DNA of 64,000 nt from Malacoraja senta (Eukaryota). The stretch spans positions 243,102,001 to 243,166,000 of the forward strand of contig CM075977.1 of the NCBI GenBank assembly GCA_038087875.1. Direction: 5' to 3'. Positions within the stretch are counted from its first letter, which is position 1, and the number at the start of each line of letters is the position of its first letter. Below, in pieces: positions 1 to 13,307 of this stretch. The notes under the pieces were generated by a model. It made no database searches, was not told where the DNA came from, and saw only the letters and a program-made list of their open reading frames with translations. Made by a program: the position numbers and the translations under genes.

Positions 1-200
1 AAAGTTGAGAGCGACTATTGAATAGAGCGACTGAGTAGAGTGATTGAATAACGGTTGGGAAAGATTGAATGTACAATTTTGTGAGAAGGTGTGAATCTGC
101 TACACGTTAGTCATTGTGTGAGAGTGATTTCAGTGGGCTTGGAGTCTGAAAGGAAGGGTTCAGTATTGAGGAGGTGTGAGCGCTTTGAATCTTATCTGTA

Positions 201-697
201 TTGTGTCAGGACTTTCTGTATGGGATGTCAGGACTTTCATATGAAGAAAGACTGGATAGACTTGGCTTATACTCGCTAGAATTTAGGAGATTGAGAGGGG
301 ATCTTATAGAAACGTACAAAATTCTTATGGGGTTGGACAGGCTAGATGCAGGAAGATTGTTCCCGATGTTGGGGAAGTCCAGGACAAGGGGTCACAGCTT
401 AAGGATAAGGGGGAAATCCTTTAAGACCGAGATGAGGAAAAAGTTTTTCACACAGAGAGTGGTGAATCTCTGGAACTCTCTGCCACAGAGGGTAGTTGAC
501 GCCAGTTCATTGGCTATATTTAAGAGGGAGTTAGATGTGGCCCTTGTGGCTAAAGGGATCAGGGGGTATGGAGAGAAGGCAGGTACGGGATACTGAGTTG
601 GATGATCAGCCATGATCATATTGAATGGCGGTGCAGGCTCGAAGGGCCGAATGGCCTACTCCTGCACCTATTTTCTATGTATCTATGTATCTATGTG
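201..697 (+). mobile_element. CR1 LINE 3' fragment (ORF2 C-terminus plus 3' UTR)
   Basis: ORF 201-596 LSYEERLDRLGLYSLEFRRLRGDLIETYKI...FFTQRVVNLWNSLP is typical of CR1. Tail is (CTATGTAT)n. Confidence 0.95.
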
Positions 698-713
698 TCT
701 ATTGTGTAGTAGG

Positions 714-2012
714 ATGGGAAATGTACTGGAGAAGGACCTATCAAATAATCCTGAAAGTCCGTGAAGAATAATTTGTGAGAAAATTCCTCAGGAAGCAGAG
801 AGATTAAGAAAATTATCAGGGAAATTAAATAATTGAGGAACAAATTTTGGCCGATAGGTGGGCTAACGTCTGTAAAAGGATTAACCTACATAGAGATAAT
901 TATTAGACGTTATGGGAATAGTGAAGAAGGGAACGAGCTTATTGAAATATGGAACATTTTCTTCACTGAAAGGGAAGTAAATAAAGAAGTCTTTCTGCTT
1001 TCTACTTTAAGAATGGCAGCATTCAAGGTGGAAGAAGAGAGAAAGGGTCCGTCTCTAGGCATTTTGGTACAGGGAAAGAAAGATAGTGGAAGCCAGCAGC
1101 AGGAGCAGGGGAGAATACCAGCTTTTAAAGGAGAAATGACTGCGATGTCTCTTAAAGGGGAGGTGCCGACTAAGATCAAACTTAGTAAGAGTGCCGCGGT
1201 TAGCGTGGATCTCGAAGGGAGAGAAGCCTAATATATACAAGGTTGGGTAGACTTTTTTGGAACAGTCACAGCATTCCTCTCAGCCCTCTCATGTTCTTAG
1301 TTTGGAAACACCTTGCGCAGCTTGCAAACGGGGCGCTCGGGTGGAGTCATTGGTATCTTCGACTCCACCCACTAAATTCAAATCCAAAGTAGGAAAATCA
1401 GAAAAGGACTCTGTAGCTCAGACGATTGCTTCACCAGCAGAGGATAGTGTGGGGGATCAAGGAGCTAGAAGGAAGATTCCTCAGAAGTGGGTGCCAAAAT
1501 TAATTGGGAAATCAAGTGGGGAAGTGAAGGACTCCTTCCTAAAGTATAGAGATTCCAGTAGCAGAAAGGGCATTTTCTCCGAGGGTGAGACAGCAGGAGG
1601 CTATGAAGTGGCTGATCCTGATATTGATAAAATTATAAGATCAGAGCAAATCCCCGATGTTCTGGATATGGAGCAGATTCCCCGTAGGCAATTCCCTAGT
1701 AGGACGCTGCCTACTCTGCCTTTAGAATTAGATCCCACAGTAGGTGCAAATTATCCCCGGGCTACAGACGTCCACATTTCAATGCAACCTGACAATAGCA
1801 GCTATATCCTTCCAGAGACCTTACTAAGAATCCAGAAACGGGAAGTTAAATCGAAGGAGGAGGAGGAGGAATTTAAAGCATGGATAGACATGCCAATCCG
1901 AGAGCCGACTTTTCCTCGGTTTGGTTGGAGAGGTTATAGAGCTGTTACATCTGTGGGGATCAATGTTACATCTGTGGGGAATCAGGACATTGGTGCCGAT
2001 CTTGTCCTGTGA
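714..2012 (+). pseudogene. gag: Retroviral gag-like pseudogene (matrix-like N-terminus)
   Basis: ATG GGA AAT gives a myristoylation-type MG start. After a stop and a frameshift it continues into ORF 833-1231 (KFWPIGG...LIEIWNIF) and ORF 1257-2012. Confidence 0.5.
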
Positions 2013-2459
2013 GGGAACACAGAGCAGGAAGCGGTCAAAGGCGAGGGCCATGGCGAATAAGAAGTCAGTGGATCCCTAGAGGTTGCAGGGACACTAGGGA
2101 CCCCGAAAATAGAGGAAGAGAACACTGGCCAGAAGATCAGGGGGCAGGGACATTCCTGCAGCCAAATCCATTCCGATAGCCCTGATCTGCCAGCTGGTAC
2201 AAAGTAAAAAGATGAAATCTGAGGACATCGTCACATGGCTCAAAGTTATTAATAAATTATAAGAACAAGAAAGAACACCACCCCTTCCGAATCACAGGAA
2301 GAGAGTTACAAAGAAGCTGATTGGGATTGAGAAACCTCACTAAAAGGAAGGAATACGAAAAGGGAAACATAGTAGTTGGTGACAGAGAGAGTAAGAACTA
2401 AAGGGTTTGGGATTATAAGAACCACAGAATAAGCAAAACACACCTATGCAAACCCAAGA

Positions 2460-3968
2460 CCAAAGGAGGATTAGTTTTACCAAATTTGTTATTTTATTTT
2501 TGGGCAGTTAATGTTAAAAATATGAATTTTTGGTTGGAAGATATGGATCAACAACCAGACTGGTTAAAGATGGAAAAGGAAGATTGTTTGCCTTTTGAAA
2601 TTGGGCCGATCCTGTTAGCTCCTACAAAATTGAATTAAAAAATCTATAGTGGAAATCCTATAATATATAGTGGTATTCGAATTTGGAAACAACTAAAAAA
2701 GACATTAAAATTGGATAATTTATCACTTTCTCTCCCCATTGCAAATAATCCTTCATTTAAACCCTCAGTGTTGGATAAAGGTTTTGTACAATGGAAAAAT
2801 CATGGAATTGAAAAGATGGGACATCTTTAAAGAAATTGTATTTTTCTCTCGTTTCAGGAACTATGACAGAATTATGGATTACATTCAAATATTTTTTTTA
2901 GATACTTACAACTTAAAGATTATATTAAATCACATACACAAGAATACAGAACTAGAAAACTAGAGATTCTAGATGAATGTTTGAATAAACATTCCAATAC
3001 AGTTAAATTAATATCTTACATTTATAATACTCTTTTAGACAGTCGATGGAATTATATAGACTAGCATGGGAAAAGGAATTAGCCGAAACCATAACAAAAG
3101 ATATTTGTGATGAAAGTCTACAACATATACATCAATGCTCATTAAATACCAGACATTCTTTAATACAATTTAAAGTACTACATAGACTGCATTATTCAAA
3201 AACAAAATTAAATAGAATCTTTCCTAATATCTCCCCTATCTGTGATAAATGTCAATACTCGGTGGCTAATTTAACCCATACTTTTGTAAATTGTATAAAA
3301 ATTAAAAATTACTGGATGGATATTTTTTAAATAATCTCTGTAGTTGTTAATACGCAACTGGATGCCGATCCTAAATTAATAATATTGGGCATTTCAGAAC
3401 AATGCCTAAAACTTACAACAAACCAAAGAAATTTCCTTGATTACAGTATAATAATTGGGAAAAAATTAATATTAACATTTTGGAAAAATCCTGCAACCCC
3501 CACAATTAAGATGTGGATTATGGAGATGTTGGAGACCTTACATTTGGAAAAAAATTGATATGTCTTAATTGACAAACCAGAATTATTTACTAAAATATGG
3601 TCTCCATTTATAGATTATTTGAAGGGGTAGACTGGGCCAGCGCGGAGGCCTGACTGAACCCAGAACTAGATGAATAGTTATGTTTTCTGACCTACGGACC
3701 TATCTCCTAAGTTGTATTATTGATAGTTTATCTTATTTTTTTTCTAATTTCTTCTCTTTATTTCTTTATTTTTCTTATCTATAACCAGAAATAAATAATT
3801 AGAGGTAATGTTAATATGTAACCGATAAAGGAGGATCCCAGCTACTTTGGTAACTGGATCCCCGGAAACCTGGATACTTAATACGTAATCGTTAAACAAA
3901 GTTTGTATTGGTTTGGAGTATGATATGCAGATACCTCTAATAAAAATTTAAATAAAAATTTAAAAAAA
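2460..3968 (+). mobile_element. L1 LINE 3' fragment (ORF2 C-terminus with CCHC zinc finger, 3' UTR, A-rich tail)
   Basis: Motifs GGLVLPNL..YFWA, LIQFKVLHRLHYSK and CDKC...LTHTFVNC. Tail AATAAAAATTTAAAAAAA. Confidence 0.9.
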
Positions 3969-4100
3969 GAAAGAGGATGGGTGACGTTTCGGGTTGGGAC
4001 CCTTCTTCAGACTCTGGTTCTGAAGGGTCCCGACCCGCAACATCATCCATCCCTTTTCTCCATAGATGCTGCCTGCCCGCTGACATACTCCAGTACTTTA
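3969..4100. mobile_element. Penelope-derived short element, inverted pair, with hammerhead motif on the minus strand
   Basis: Reverse complement of about 3984-4013 is GTCTGAAGAAGGGTCCCAACCCGAAACGTC. A degenerate plus-strand copy follows. Confidence 0.8.
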
Positions 4101-5521
4101 TACGCATGTCTTTGTCACATGCTGCCATTTTAAATGAGGCAGTAACCCATTAAAAATAAATAGATTGGTGTCCTTTTGGAACAGCTGAAAAGGGAATGTC
4201 ATACAAATACAAGCTTTTGTACAATGAGATCAAACACCTTGGTTTCTAAGTTGATAACTTTCAACAAAACTAGTGATTTTTGATTTTACGGTAATGTTTA
4301 AATCACTATTAAAATACATAAGCTTTCTAAAAGGAGTCAATGAAAGGTATCGAGACAAAATATTGTAATAAAAAAGGCTAAAGCCCCCTCCCCCCCAAAA
4401 AAAGAACTAAAGGGAACTAAACTGGCACTAGGGAGAGAAGAAATGAACTTATTGCGCAGGAAGTATGGGAGTAGGGAAAATGATGTATTGTACTAACTTG
4501 TTACAAAGTTGTTATGCCTGCAGGACAGTATAATCTACAGCATACGGGGAGCGAGGTAAAGAGTATGTGGACCCTTAAGAACGGGCAGAAGACACAGCTC
4601 AGGTAGGATGTGTAGTTATTATCTCCATCCAGGTAGCTCCCCAGAGACAAAGACCAACAACAAAGAAGAAATGATACTGTCCTGTCCCTTTAAGACATCT
4701 GGGAGAGGCCAACAAATAGAGAAGGCTGCTTCTCAGCATCCCTACTCCTTTGAAACTAACATCGAGGAAGAAGAAGAAGATACCTACCCTAGTGCCCAAC
4801 TTTAACATCATCTAACTTTTGACACCAGTGAAGGAAAAAGAAAATAACACCATCTAACATTTTCTAGAAGATACAGATAACCTATGACGACTATTGCGGC
4901 AAGCTCTAATTAGAAGAATTGAATTTAAATTTGAAAATAGACACTCCTCTGTGGTTTGGGGCAAGACACCTACTTTTCTCCTAAATTATAATCATTAGAA
5001 ATAAATTGACAAAATTTTGAAATCGATCTCTAAATTGTATGGTGATGAATTGGAAGGACTTTAAAGTTTGAGATTTGGAACTGACTGATAAGATTTGGCT
5101 TAGGAGTATTTAAGGATTGATTATTAACTTGGTATTTTTATTGTCTCATCCCCAGACAGGCAGCCAAAGATGGGAAGGATTATTCAGAGAACATCAGGGA
5201 AGGATGGAACTAGGGAAGATCTGGTAACATGGAAGAGTTATTCAGGGAACATGGCATTGGAAATAATAAGAAAGAGGAACTGTGAACAGCAAGACTTCCC
5301 TTTAAGAGACCAAAGTTAGCATACTAAGAAAGTTACTTGGAGCTAAAAGGAAACTAGTTATGATGAAGAACCCCTCTTGACTGAGAGCTGAGCCAACATA
5401 CTAAGGAAGAAGTACTGGAGGAGGAGTCTATTGAATTAGGAGGAGGAATAAGGAAATAAAGATATCAGAGTTGAAGTATTTAACCGGTGGATCTAAATTT
5501 GTTTAACCCTTGATAGTAAAG

Positions 5522-6545
5522 CAGCTGGGTGATTCTTCAGTAAGTGTCTACTTTTAAGTTTCTGGAAACCCGAAAATAAAACTTAAATTTTGCAACTTTG
5601 AATGTTGTTTCGCATAGATGAACATCTCTACTATGGGAATAATATGTTTGGCGCAATCTTTTAGAGAATTTAATTTATTTTTCCCTCTTCTTTTTCCAGG
5701 TTGCCCATTGCATTCAGTCATATCCGTCATATTTTGATGATGAACAACACTGCAAAATATAACAGATTTCAGAATATAAAATCAAATTTTCGTCGCAGTT
5801 TTTCAAATTATAGAGTATCTTCCTCAAATAACCCACCAAAAAAAACTTTTCCAGTCTAACGCATTGATTTTAAACCTTCGTAACAGTTTACTGCTGAAAA
5901 AAGTGGTGATTTTCTGCAAGAATGGTAACATTCACATAAGTTTTCACTAACTTCCTCTAAAACAATATTAACTTCAGATTAATAGGCAGAAGCATACTGT
6001 TCATTTATCAATAATAATTGATAATTACGGTCATTATTGTATTATTTAGCACATTACGAGCATAAAATACTCATGTGACGGATATGACTCAAGTTTGGGA
6101 GCGCCACGTGATGGAGATGACTAAAACTATCTTTAGGGCTAGGGTTCGGGCTAGGGCTGGGGTTCGAGCTGGTTCTAGGGTTGGGGCTGGGGCTGGCATT
6201 AAGGCTGGGGTTGGGGCTGGTATTAAGGCTGGGGTTGGAGCTGGGGCCAGGGTTAGGGCTAGGGTTGGGGCTAGGGTTGGGGCTAGGGCTGGGGTTTGGG
6301 GCTGGGGTTTGGGGCTGGAGTTAGAGCAGGGGTTGGGGTTGGGGCTCAGGTTGGGGCTGGGGCTGGGGCTAGAGTTGGAGTTGGGGTTGGGGCAGGGCTG
6401 GGGCTGGGGTTAGGTGTGGGGATGGAGCTGGGGTTGGAGCTGGGATTGGAGCTAGGGCTGCGGTTAGGGCTGAATTGAAACATTCTTCATGGTTTGCTTT
6501 AAATAAGAGTCATGCCTGTAGGGAAATCTGGACTGAACCCAGCTG
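5522..6545. mobile_element. Putative non-autonomous DNA transposon carrying a G-rich tandem array
   Basis: 9-bp terminal inverted repeat CAGCTGGGT (5522-5530) / ACCCAGCTG (6537-6545). No clear TSD. Confidence 0.45.
6133..6471 (+). repeat. Telomere-like (GGGGCT/GGGGTT/AGGGCT)n hexamer array, G-quadruplex prone
   Basis: Directly visible degenerate 6-bp repeat. Confidence 0.95.
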
Positions 6546-7036
6546 AAATTTATATGAGAAACCATCATCAGATATACATTGAAGAACATCTTGTGAATAC
6601 GGAGAGGGCTGATTAGTGTTGATCCTAGGATAGTAAAGAGTATATTATCGAGCAGAATATTAATAGTGAAATAGAAAAGGGATAGTATTGACAGAACAAC
6701 ATTACAGTGAATGTATTGGAAAGCATTAGTGCATGAATGGAAACTTTTTCCCAAGTTTTTCAGGAATTACAGGTTATAGGTTCAACCTATAAGGGATGGA
6801 AGAATGGGCAACAACATGGATGGAGAGAAATTGCGTCCATAAAAACTTGGGAGGTGAAGGCTCATCAGATGGAAATTATGAAGCTTCTCCCACGAAAACT
6901 CGGGAAGCTTGAGAAGAAACATCATCGTCTTTTTGTTGTTAATAGATGATGAATGTAATAGTCACACATATGTATATCTGGTTATCTGATTATCTGATTA
7001 TTTGGTTATCATAAATTATGTGATAAAAGGAAGGAA

Positions 7037-7784
7037 TGTTAATTCTGGCCAAATTGGAGATGCCAGGACACTAAAATTGAGTAAAGGCTTCTGTGCTGCT
7101 AGGCCATTTTGGTCAATTTAAATGTGCCTTTTACAGAACTGGGACAAGCTGCTGAATGGTGCCAGTTTGTCTGGAGCCCAGATAAGAGTTGCAGTGAAAG
7201 AATGGGACATCTGCAGATTCTTATAATTAGGTGTAAATTGCATGAAACGGAATGGGTGAATGCAAACCAGACATACATATTGTAAATAATGTTGCAAAGC
7301 TTTACTTTGCTAGATGTTGATTGGGTTAAGTGTTGAGCCTTGTCTGGGTTTCTTGAATATCCAGGCACACGTTGCATAATTCATCTCATGTATCTTGTCA
7401 GATACATTGTATTAGTCACTGTATTATTGGGTTAGGGAAATGTCTATCATGTACTGTGTTAAACGATATTTGTTTTTGGACTGTATAGAGACCACCCCCA
7501 TATGGTTCGGCACCTCAAGGTTCGGGGACCTATAAAAGGTAGCTCCCACGAGGTCCGATGTCGATTTTCTGGAAGAACGCTTGGGACTGCATGACCTCTC
7601 TGCTTGCACAAGGCTAGGAGGGCTTGGCCAAGCAGATACAAGGATCAAACCCGTGGTGGTTTGGTATAGTAGAGGGGAACTGTTATTGTGTTTTCCAAAA
7701 TAAAGTTTAGTTGCGCAAGTGCTTGACTCAGTATTTTATTGACTGAAACTAGACTGGAGGGAAGCTTAGAATGAGCTATTTACA
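7037..7784 (+). repeat. LTR (3' LTR of the ERV-like element)
   Basis: Ends TGTTAA...TTTACA, TATAAAA at 7531, AATAAA at 7699, PPT upstream. Homologous along its length to 47751-48511. Confidence 0.9.
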
Positions 7785-8005
7785 CAATTTAATGACTATT
7801 GTTAAATGCTTGTACTTGGAACTGTTTGTGCTGATGCATAGTAAAATTATACTGAATTGTATGCAAAAAAAGGAATGTCACTGTACCAAGGTACATGTGA
7901 CAATAAAGTACTGTTGAACGGTTAAACCGTTGTAAGGTTGGACAGGTTAGGACTTTATTCCTTGTAGTGCAAGAGGTTGAGAGATAATCTTTTAGAGATG
8001 TATAA

Positions 8006-11000
8006 AATAGTAAGATTAAACGAGAACTTACCAGTTTGAAGTTTGATCTTTATTTTATGAGGAGTTACGATGAGCGATTACGTGAAGAACGGCGTCAGCC
8101 CGCATGAGCGTCAATCTTCAAAGCAGCGGTGTGAAATAAAAGAACACAGAAGTTGAACTGAACATAGTAAGATTGGAGAGAACTAGAAACTACCAGATGA
8201 CCTTTATAATATGAGGGTTGGGAACGGAGGGCACGTAATAGCTCATCATAACTCCTGGAGGAGTGAGATTAGAAAATATAGTATCTACTCCTGCATAAGT
8301 CAAAACCCCATTTTAAACACCTGGAGATGGTCTGAACTGATACCTTCTTATGAGGTTATTTGTAACTAACAAACATTGCTAGTAGCAGAGCCTCTAAGAC
8401 TCTAGGTGACCTTAATGTATTGTTGTAAATGTGTGCCCACACATAACCGAAGGTCCATGGGGTATGCCATGAGAACTAGTTTGAGACCTTATGCGCCTGG
8501 GCTGCTCTGCTTAACTAAATCATAAACATTTATATTATTTGCAGGTGTAACCATCCTGTCCAGTCGCAATTGATGTAATGACTGGACCCGTTGCGCTGAA
8601 AGGAGCGTCATGAGGATAACTACCTTATGAGAGCCGGGCCAAAGATAAGAATGTAGCTGGAGCCCCCTGGTGAAGTAGTGTTAACACAATGTCAATATCC
8701 CATACTTCCGTGTACGTGGGCCTGGGAGAACTTGTGTGAAAGGTATCCTTTATAAACTGGATATCAGAGGGTGAGACCTGACAGAGCGGGTCCCGCTCGC
8801 TGCAGCAAATATGATGAGAAGGCAAGCTGGGCACAGTTAATGGCACTATAACTTAATTTATTGTCAAGGACCCATTTGAAAATGAACTCCAAGACGTCAG
8901 TATCCGTGCCGTATTATATGTAACATAGCATTTAAACAAAACGCTTCCCATCTCCTGAAGAGGAAATGTACTGCTTTTTTGGTGCTTTCCGTGCACTCTG
9001 CAGTGAGCACATACATGGATTGGTCTGACAACCCGAGCCGCAGGAGCAGTCTTCTCAGAGTCTACAAGTCAATGAATTGATTTAATCATGCAGAGGCTGG
9101 TTTCCCGAGTCACAGGCTGAACCAGCAAAGTTTTATGTTTAGAATACCCATATAAAGTTCTATTATTATTCCCAACATAAGCGGGAACCATGGCTGCATA
9201 GGCCAGTCAGAGAGTACGCAAACCCCTGAAGCGGGATCTTGCTGAATTTATTGCAAGACCCGACTGATGAGGCAAAATGGAGAAAAGACATAAAAGAACA
9301 TTCCTCCCCGTGTAGCGAGAATGTATCTCTCGGCACAGTGATGCCACATGTTTTGCAACCGGTGAATGAGCCTGGATGCAAACATATCGATATTCGGTGT
9401 TCCATCGAGCCGTAATGTCATAAAATACTTTGTGATCTAACATCCATTCTGTGTTGTCATTGATTTTACGTGATGATACACCAGCGCCAATTGAGGTTAG
9501 GTAAATTATGACCGGATACTTTGACTTGATTGCACCCATGTGACTAACATATGCCACCACCACAGTGTATCAACTTGGAGTTGAGCATGCAGATTATGTA
9601 TATTCGCATAATAACCCGTTACCCCATAGAATGCACCTTGTGTCTATAGGTAGTTGATACCAATAACTGAAGAATTGGTAATTCATGCAAATCCCAACCA
9701 CCTCCGTAACTAGAGATGGCATTTGTAATTTTCCATCTTTGAGCACTAGCATCAGTTTGTAATATAACTGAAGATTTACTGACCAAAAGCTACTGGAGCA
9801 ATGCTGAATACTACTCGTCCACCATTGTGACTTTGGTATCTTCAGCTGGTAATAGCATAGGTCTGTTAACAATGACCGACATGGCACTTGAGAGGTTATT
9901 ACTTTGTACGTTGTAAGTTCTGAAAATGCAAAGGCCCAATTTGCACAGCTGAAACACAGCTACTCTATTGCCAATTACACTTGATGAATAGAAGGCTGCT
10001 TAATAACAACAAGGTTGTTACAGGCTATTAATTCCAATCTCTTGCCCCAGGGCGGAGTCACAGACAAATTAATAGTTAAAGGTAAATCCAAGTAATCAAT
10101 AACTCTAGTTGGTATCAACTTAAATTTAACTGGATGGATGAGGAACCTCAATTTCTCAAATATAGTTTGCAGCTGAAACAGTTGATTTTTAGCAAAATAC
10201 AGCATTTAGAATATCATCGAGTTAAGCCATAACAAGTGTTTTTGAGCTCTGAGCAGCCCAAGCACCGGTTTAGTAATTTGGTAGATGACCTGGGAGCTGA
10301 AGTTAGCCCATTTTGCAACGCATTAACTGTCATCATTGCCCCATCCAGATAAATTTCAAATGTCTCCGGTGATCCCTGTGAATGGGACCTGAATAGTATG
10401 CATCTTTGAGATCGATGCATGCCATAAAGATCCTATGGAAATCAGTTGTTAGACAGTAACAAAGTTCCATATTCTGAAGAGTCTATATTGCACATGCGAG
10501 TTAAATCAAGGATGAACGAACATCCTCCATCTTTCACAATGAACAGGCCACGCCTGCCATAATTCCGTGCCTGCCTCGAACGACAACTCTGGCCATATTC
10601 CCGAGCCTGTCTCTAAAGGTAATCCTGGCCATAATACTGAGCCTGCCTCGAAAGACAACTCTGGCCATAATTCTGAGCCTGCCTCGAAAGACAAATCTGG
10701 CCTTATTTCTGAGCCTGTCTTGAAAGGCAATCCTGGCCATAATACTGGGCCTGCCTTGAAAGACAACTCTGGCCATAATTCTGAGCCTGCCTCGAAAGAC
10801 AACTCTGGCCATATTTCCGAGCTTGTCTCGGAAGGCAATCCTGGCTGTAATACTGAGCCTGCCTCGAAAGACAACTCTGGCCCCAATTCCAAGCCATGCT
10901 TGGAACCCTTGTATACTGTGCAGAATAAACCAATCACATGTTATCATTTTAGTTTATAAATGGATCTGAATCTCATGTTATCATTGTCATTTGTACAAAA

Positions 11001-12369
11001 ACAAGTGTAAATATTACCAACTTGTAAATGGTCCGCATACCCCATGTTTTGGAAGAACCACACCCACCTACCTCCATGGTTACCGGTGGTCTTATGGTAA
11101 GCCCAAAGGCCCCTGATGCAGGTTCTATTTCCATCCTTGATTGGAGAGTAGGACTGGTAGGGTGTGTGGATTCCATATTTCCTGAGACCGGCTTGGACCT
11201 TAGCCTGAAAGACCTCGGCCCAGCTTTCAAGCTGCCACCAGCTTCAGTGAAATGCTTACTGCCGATGAGGCGCGGGGTGTGTCATCGCCGAAATGATGAA
11301 GCTTTGCTCATCGTTGGTACCTTGATTAGTCTGACAGCTTTTGCTTCCTCATCCAGGTATTACCTGTTGGATAAGTCTTACCTGAAGAGACAATTCGGCG
11401 GCTGGTTTCATTTCCTGGATTTCATGCCCCCTCCAATGTCACCCCTGATAGCGCTGTTCACTGCTGGCACTTGTAGCGTGAGGGGAACTCTGGCCCCTTC
11501 TGGGTTTTCTGCCAACGGCTGGAACCAACTCTTCCGGCAGTAACCCCTTCATTTGCGAGTATTTCCTTGGAGCCATATGCATGTGCTCCAGTATATTCCA
11601 TGGACATACTTTCGAATTTGAAGTCAGTTACACACTGACCACTCGCACTCCCCTCCACAGAGAGGGAGATTCGTAGGCAGCCCTGGAAACAGGTGCTGCC
11701 GCAGGCCCCTGAGGATACCTGCGCTGATATGGTCCCTCCTACGGACCTATATCAGGAGCATCACATTTGTGGGATAAAATGCCCGAGGGTGCTATCCATG
11801 CTCCATGTGAGTTAAACGTCTGAGGACGTACCCAGGTATGTCGGAGGGGAGGCCTCCTGGCCTGACTCATCCGAGTCCATAGGCCTGACTGACTTATTCC
11901 TGGTTTTACCCCCTTTCTGGGACACCATAGCGGTCTAGGAGCCACTGTCAGCGACTCGGGTGGCGAGTCCGACTTACTCCTGGTTTTACCCCCTTTCTGG
12001 GGAACCACAGCGGTCTGGGAGCCACTGACCCCATTGTCAGCGATTTAGGTAGCGAACCAGACGGCCGCCGGCTACCCGCGCTTCCGCGGTCCGGACCGGG
12101 ATCTCCCACGGTCGATAGCCGGTTTCCCCGCGGCCCGTCCGGACTTCGCCCCGAAATTGTGTCCAGCAGGAAAACTCTGTAACAGAGCTTCCTGCAGTCA
12201 AAAAAGAGAACCTGGAATTAAGTTAAAAACTTACCTGCAGGTTTAAACTTACCGCTGGAAGGAGCAACGCACCCGCCAGTCAGTCGTTGCGCAATGCGTT
12301 GACATAATGACGCGCATGCGGGCTGACGGCGTTCTTCACGTAGTCATTCATGTGACTCCGAAGTAAAAT
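8006..12369 (-). mobile_element. DIRS1-type tyrosine-recombinase retrotransposon, copy A (heavily decayed, most of the ICR deleted)
   Basis: Left terminus ATTTTACTTCGGAGTCAC.. at 12369 and right terminus ..TTTAATCTTACTATT at 8006. Remnants of gag, RT (LQNGLTSAPR), RH (VAYVSHMG), MT (NTEWML) and YR (PRPTYTEVWDI). Confidence 0.93.
10551..10885. repeat. 36-bp minisatellite (about 9 units, 108-bp higher-order period) inside the RT region of DIRS A
   Basis: Unit GAGCCTGCCTCGAAAGACAACTCTGGCCATAATTCT. Every third unit is the EPVSKGNPGHNT variant. Confidence 0.95.
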
Positions 12370-13307
12370 CAAGAGTGGAATTGATAGGGTGATTGCACAG
12401 TCTGTTACCCAAGGTAGGGGAATCAAGAAACAGAGGCAAATGTTCATGGTGGGAGGGGCAATATTTAATGGGAACCTGAAGGGTAAATATTTTATTCAAC
12501 TCATGAAATGAGCTGCCAGAGGAGAAAATTGAGGCAGGTATTATAACAGCACTTAAAAGACACCTGGACAAGTACATGGATAGGAAAGGTTCAGAGGGAT
12601 ATGAGATAAATGAAGGCAAATTGGACGAGCTAAAATGGGGCACCTTGGTCAGCAAGATCGAAATGGGCTGAAGCGCCTGTTCCATGCTGTAAGATCTATG
12701 ACTCTAGGACCAGTGGAAGCTGTGTACCAAAAATAAGTAACTAAATCAGATTCATGTGAAATTAAGCATTATCTCTGACTTTCCTTCTGTGTAGATGTTG
12801 TCCAATATGCTGGGTATTTTCAGCAATTTTACTTATATTGCATCGTGTATATGGTTTTTCTTCCTCTTCAGTGTGTAATGGTGTCTGAAACAAACCATTT
12901 CTTGCTCTGCTCTCACTTTCACTTTCACTTGCTTTGCTATGAGAAATTTCCAAAAGGAAATCCCTTTTTATGCAAACTAGCTGTTCAGCTGACCTGTTAG
13001 CTCCATCCAATGAGTGACCACCGTTCACTGGGTGCCAACCCATCATTCCTATGATAGACATCTGGTTACTTGTCTGGAGTCGTGTTGTAGAAGGGTATTC
13101 TACACCCAATATCTAACAGAGCCCAATATCTAGAAATATAGTTACGGAAACCGAAGGTGTTCATCAAATGAATTCTTTAAAATGTAAAATGTATTTCTAT
13201 TTCCACATTTAATTTTTTATTAAAAGAGAGAAGCAGTGTAGTTAGTGTATGTGGTGTTGACTATGTATCATAATCCCATAATCATAATCATAACCATAAT
13301 CATAATC

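Larger units (their letters stand above)
1..7784 (+). mobile_element. Degenerate ERV-like LTR retroelement remnant (internal region plus 3' LTR; 5' LTR outside the window), interrupted by CR1, L1 and other insertions
   Basis: Gag-like start MGNVLEK at 714. Polypurine tract AAAAGGAAGGAA lies immediately before an LTR starting TG at 7037. No pol is recognisable. Confidence 0.6.
7930..12705 (+). mobile_element. CR1 LINE 3' fragment split by DIRS element A
   Basis: Joining 7930-8008 to 12370-12705 restores GATGTATAAAATCAAGAGTGGAATTGATAGG, the CR1 YKI..G.DR region. Confidence 0.85.

Noticed and set aside
6075-6478. Gly/Ala/Leu-rich ORFs
   Set aside because: Translation of a hexamer repeat, with no evidence of coding.
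10551-10885. CRISPR-like 36-bp repeats
   Set aside because: The units are contiguous with no unique spacers and no cas genes; the context is eukaryotic.
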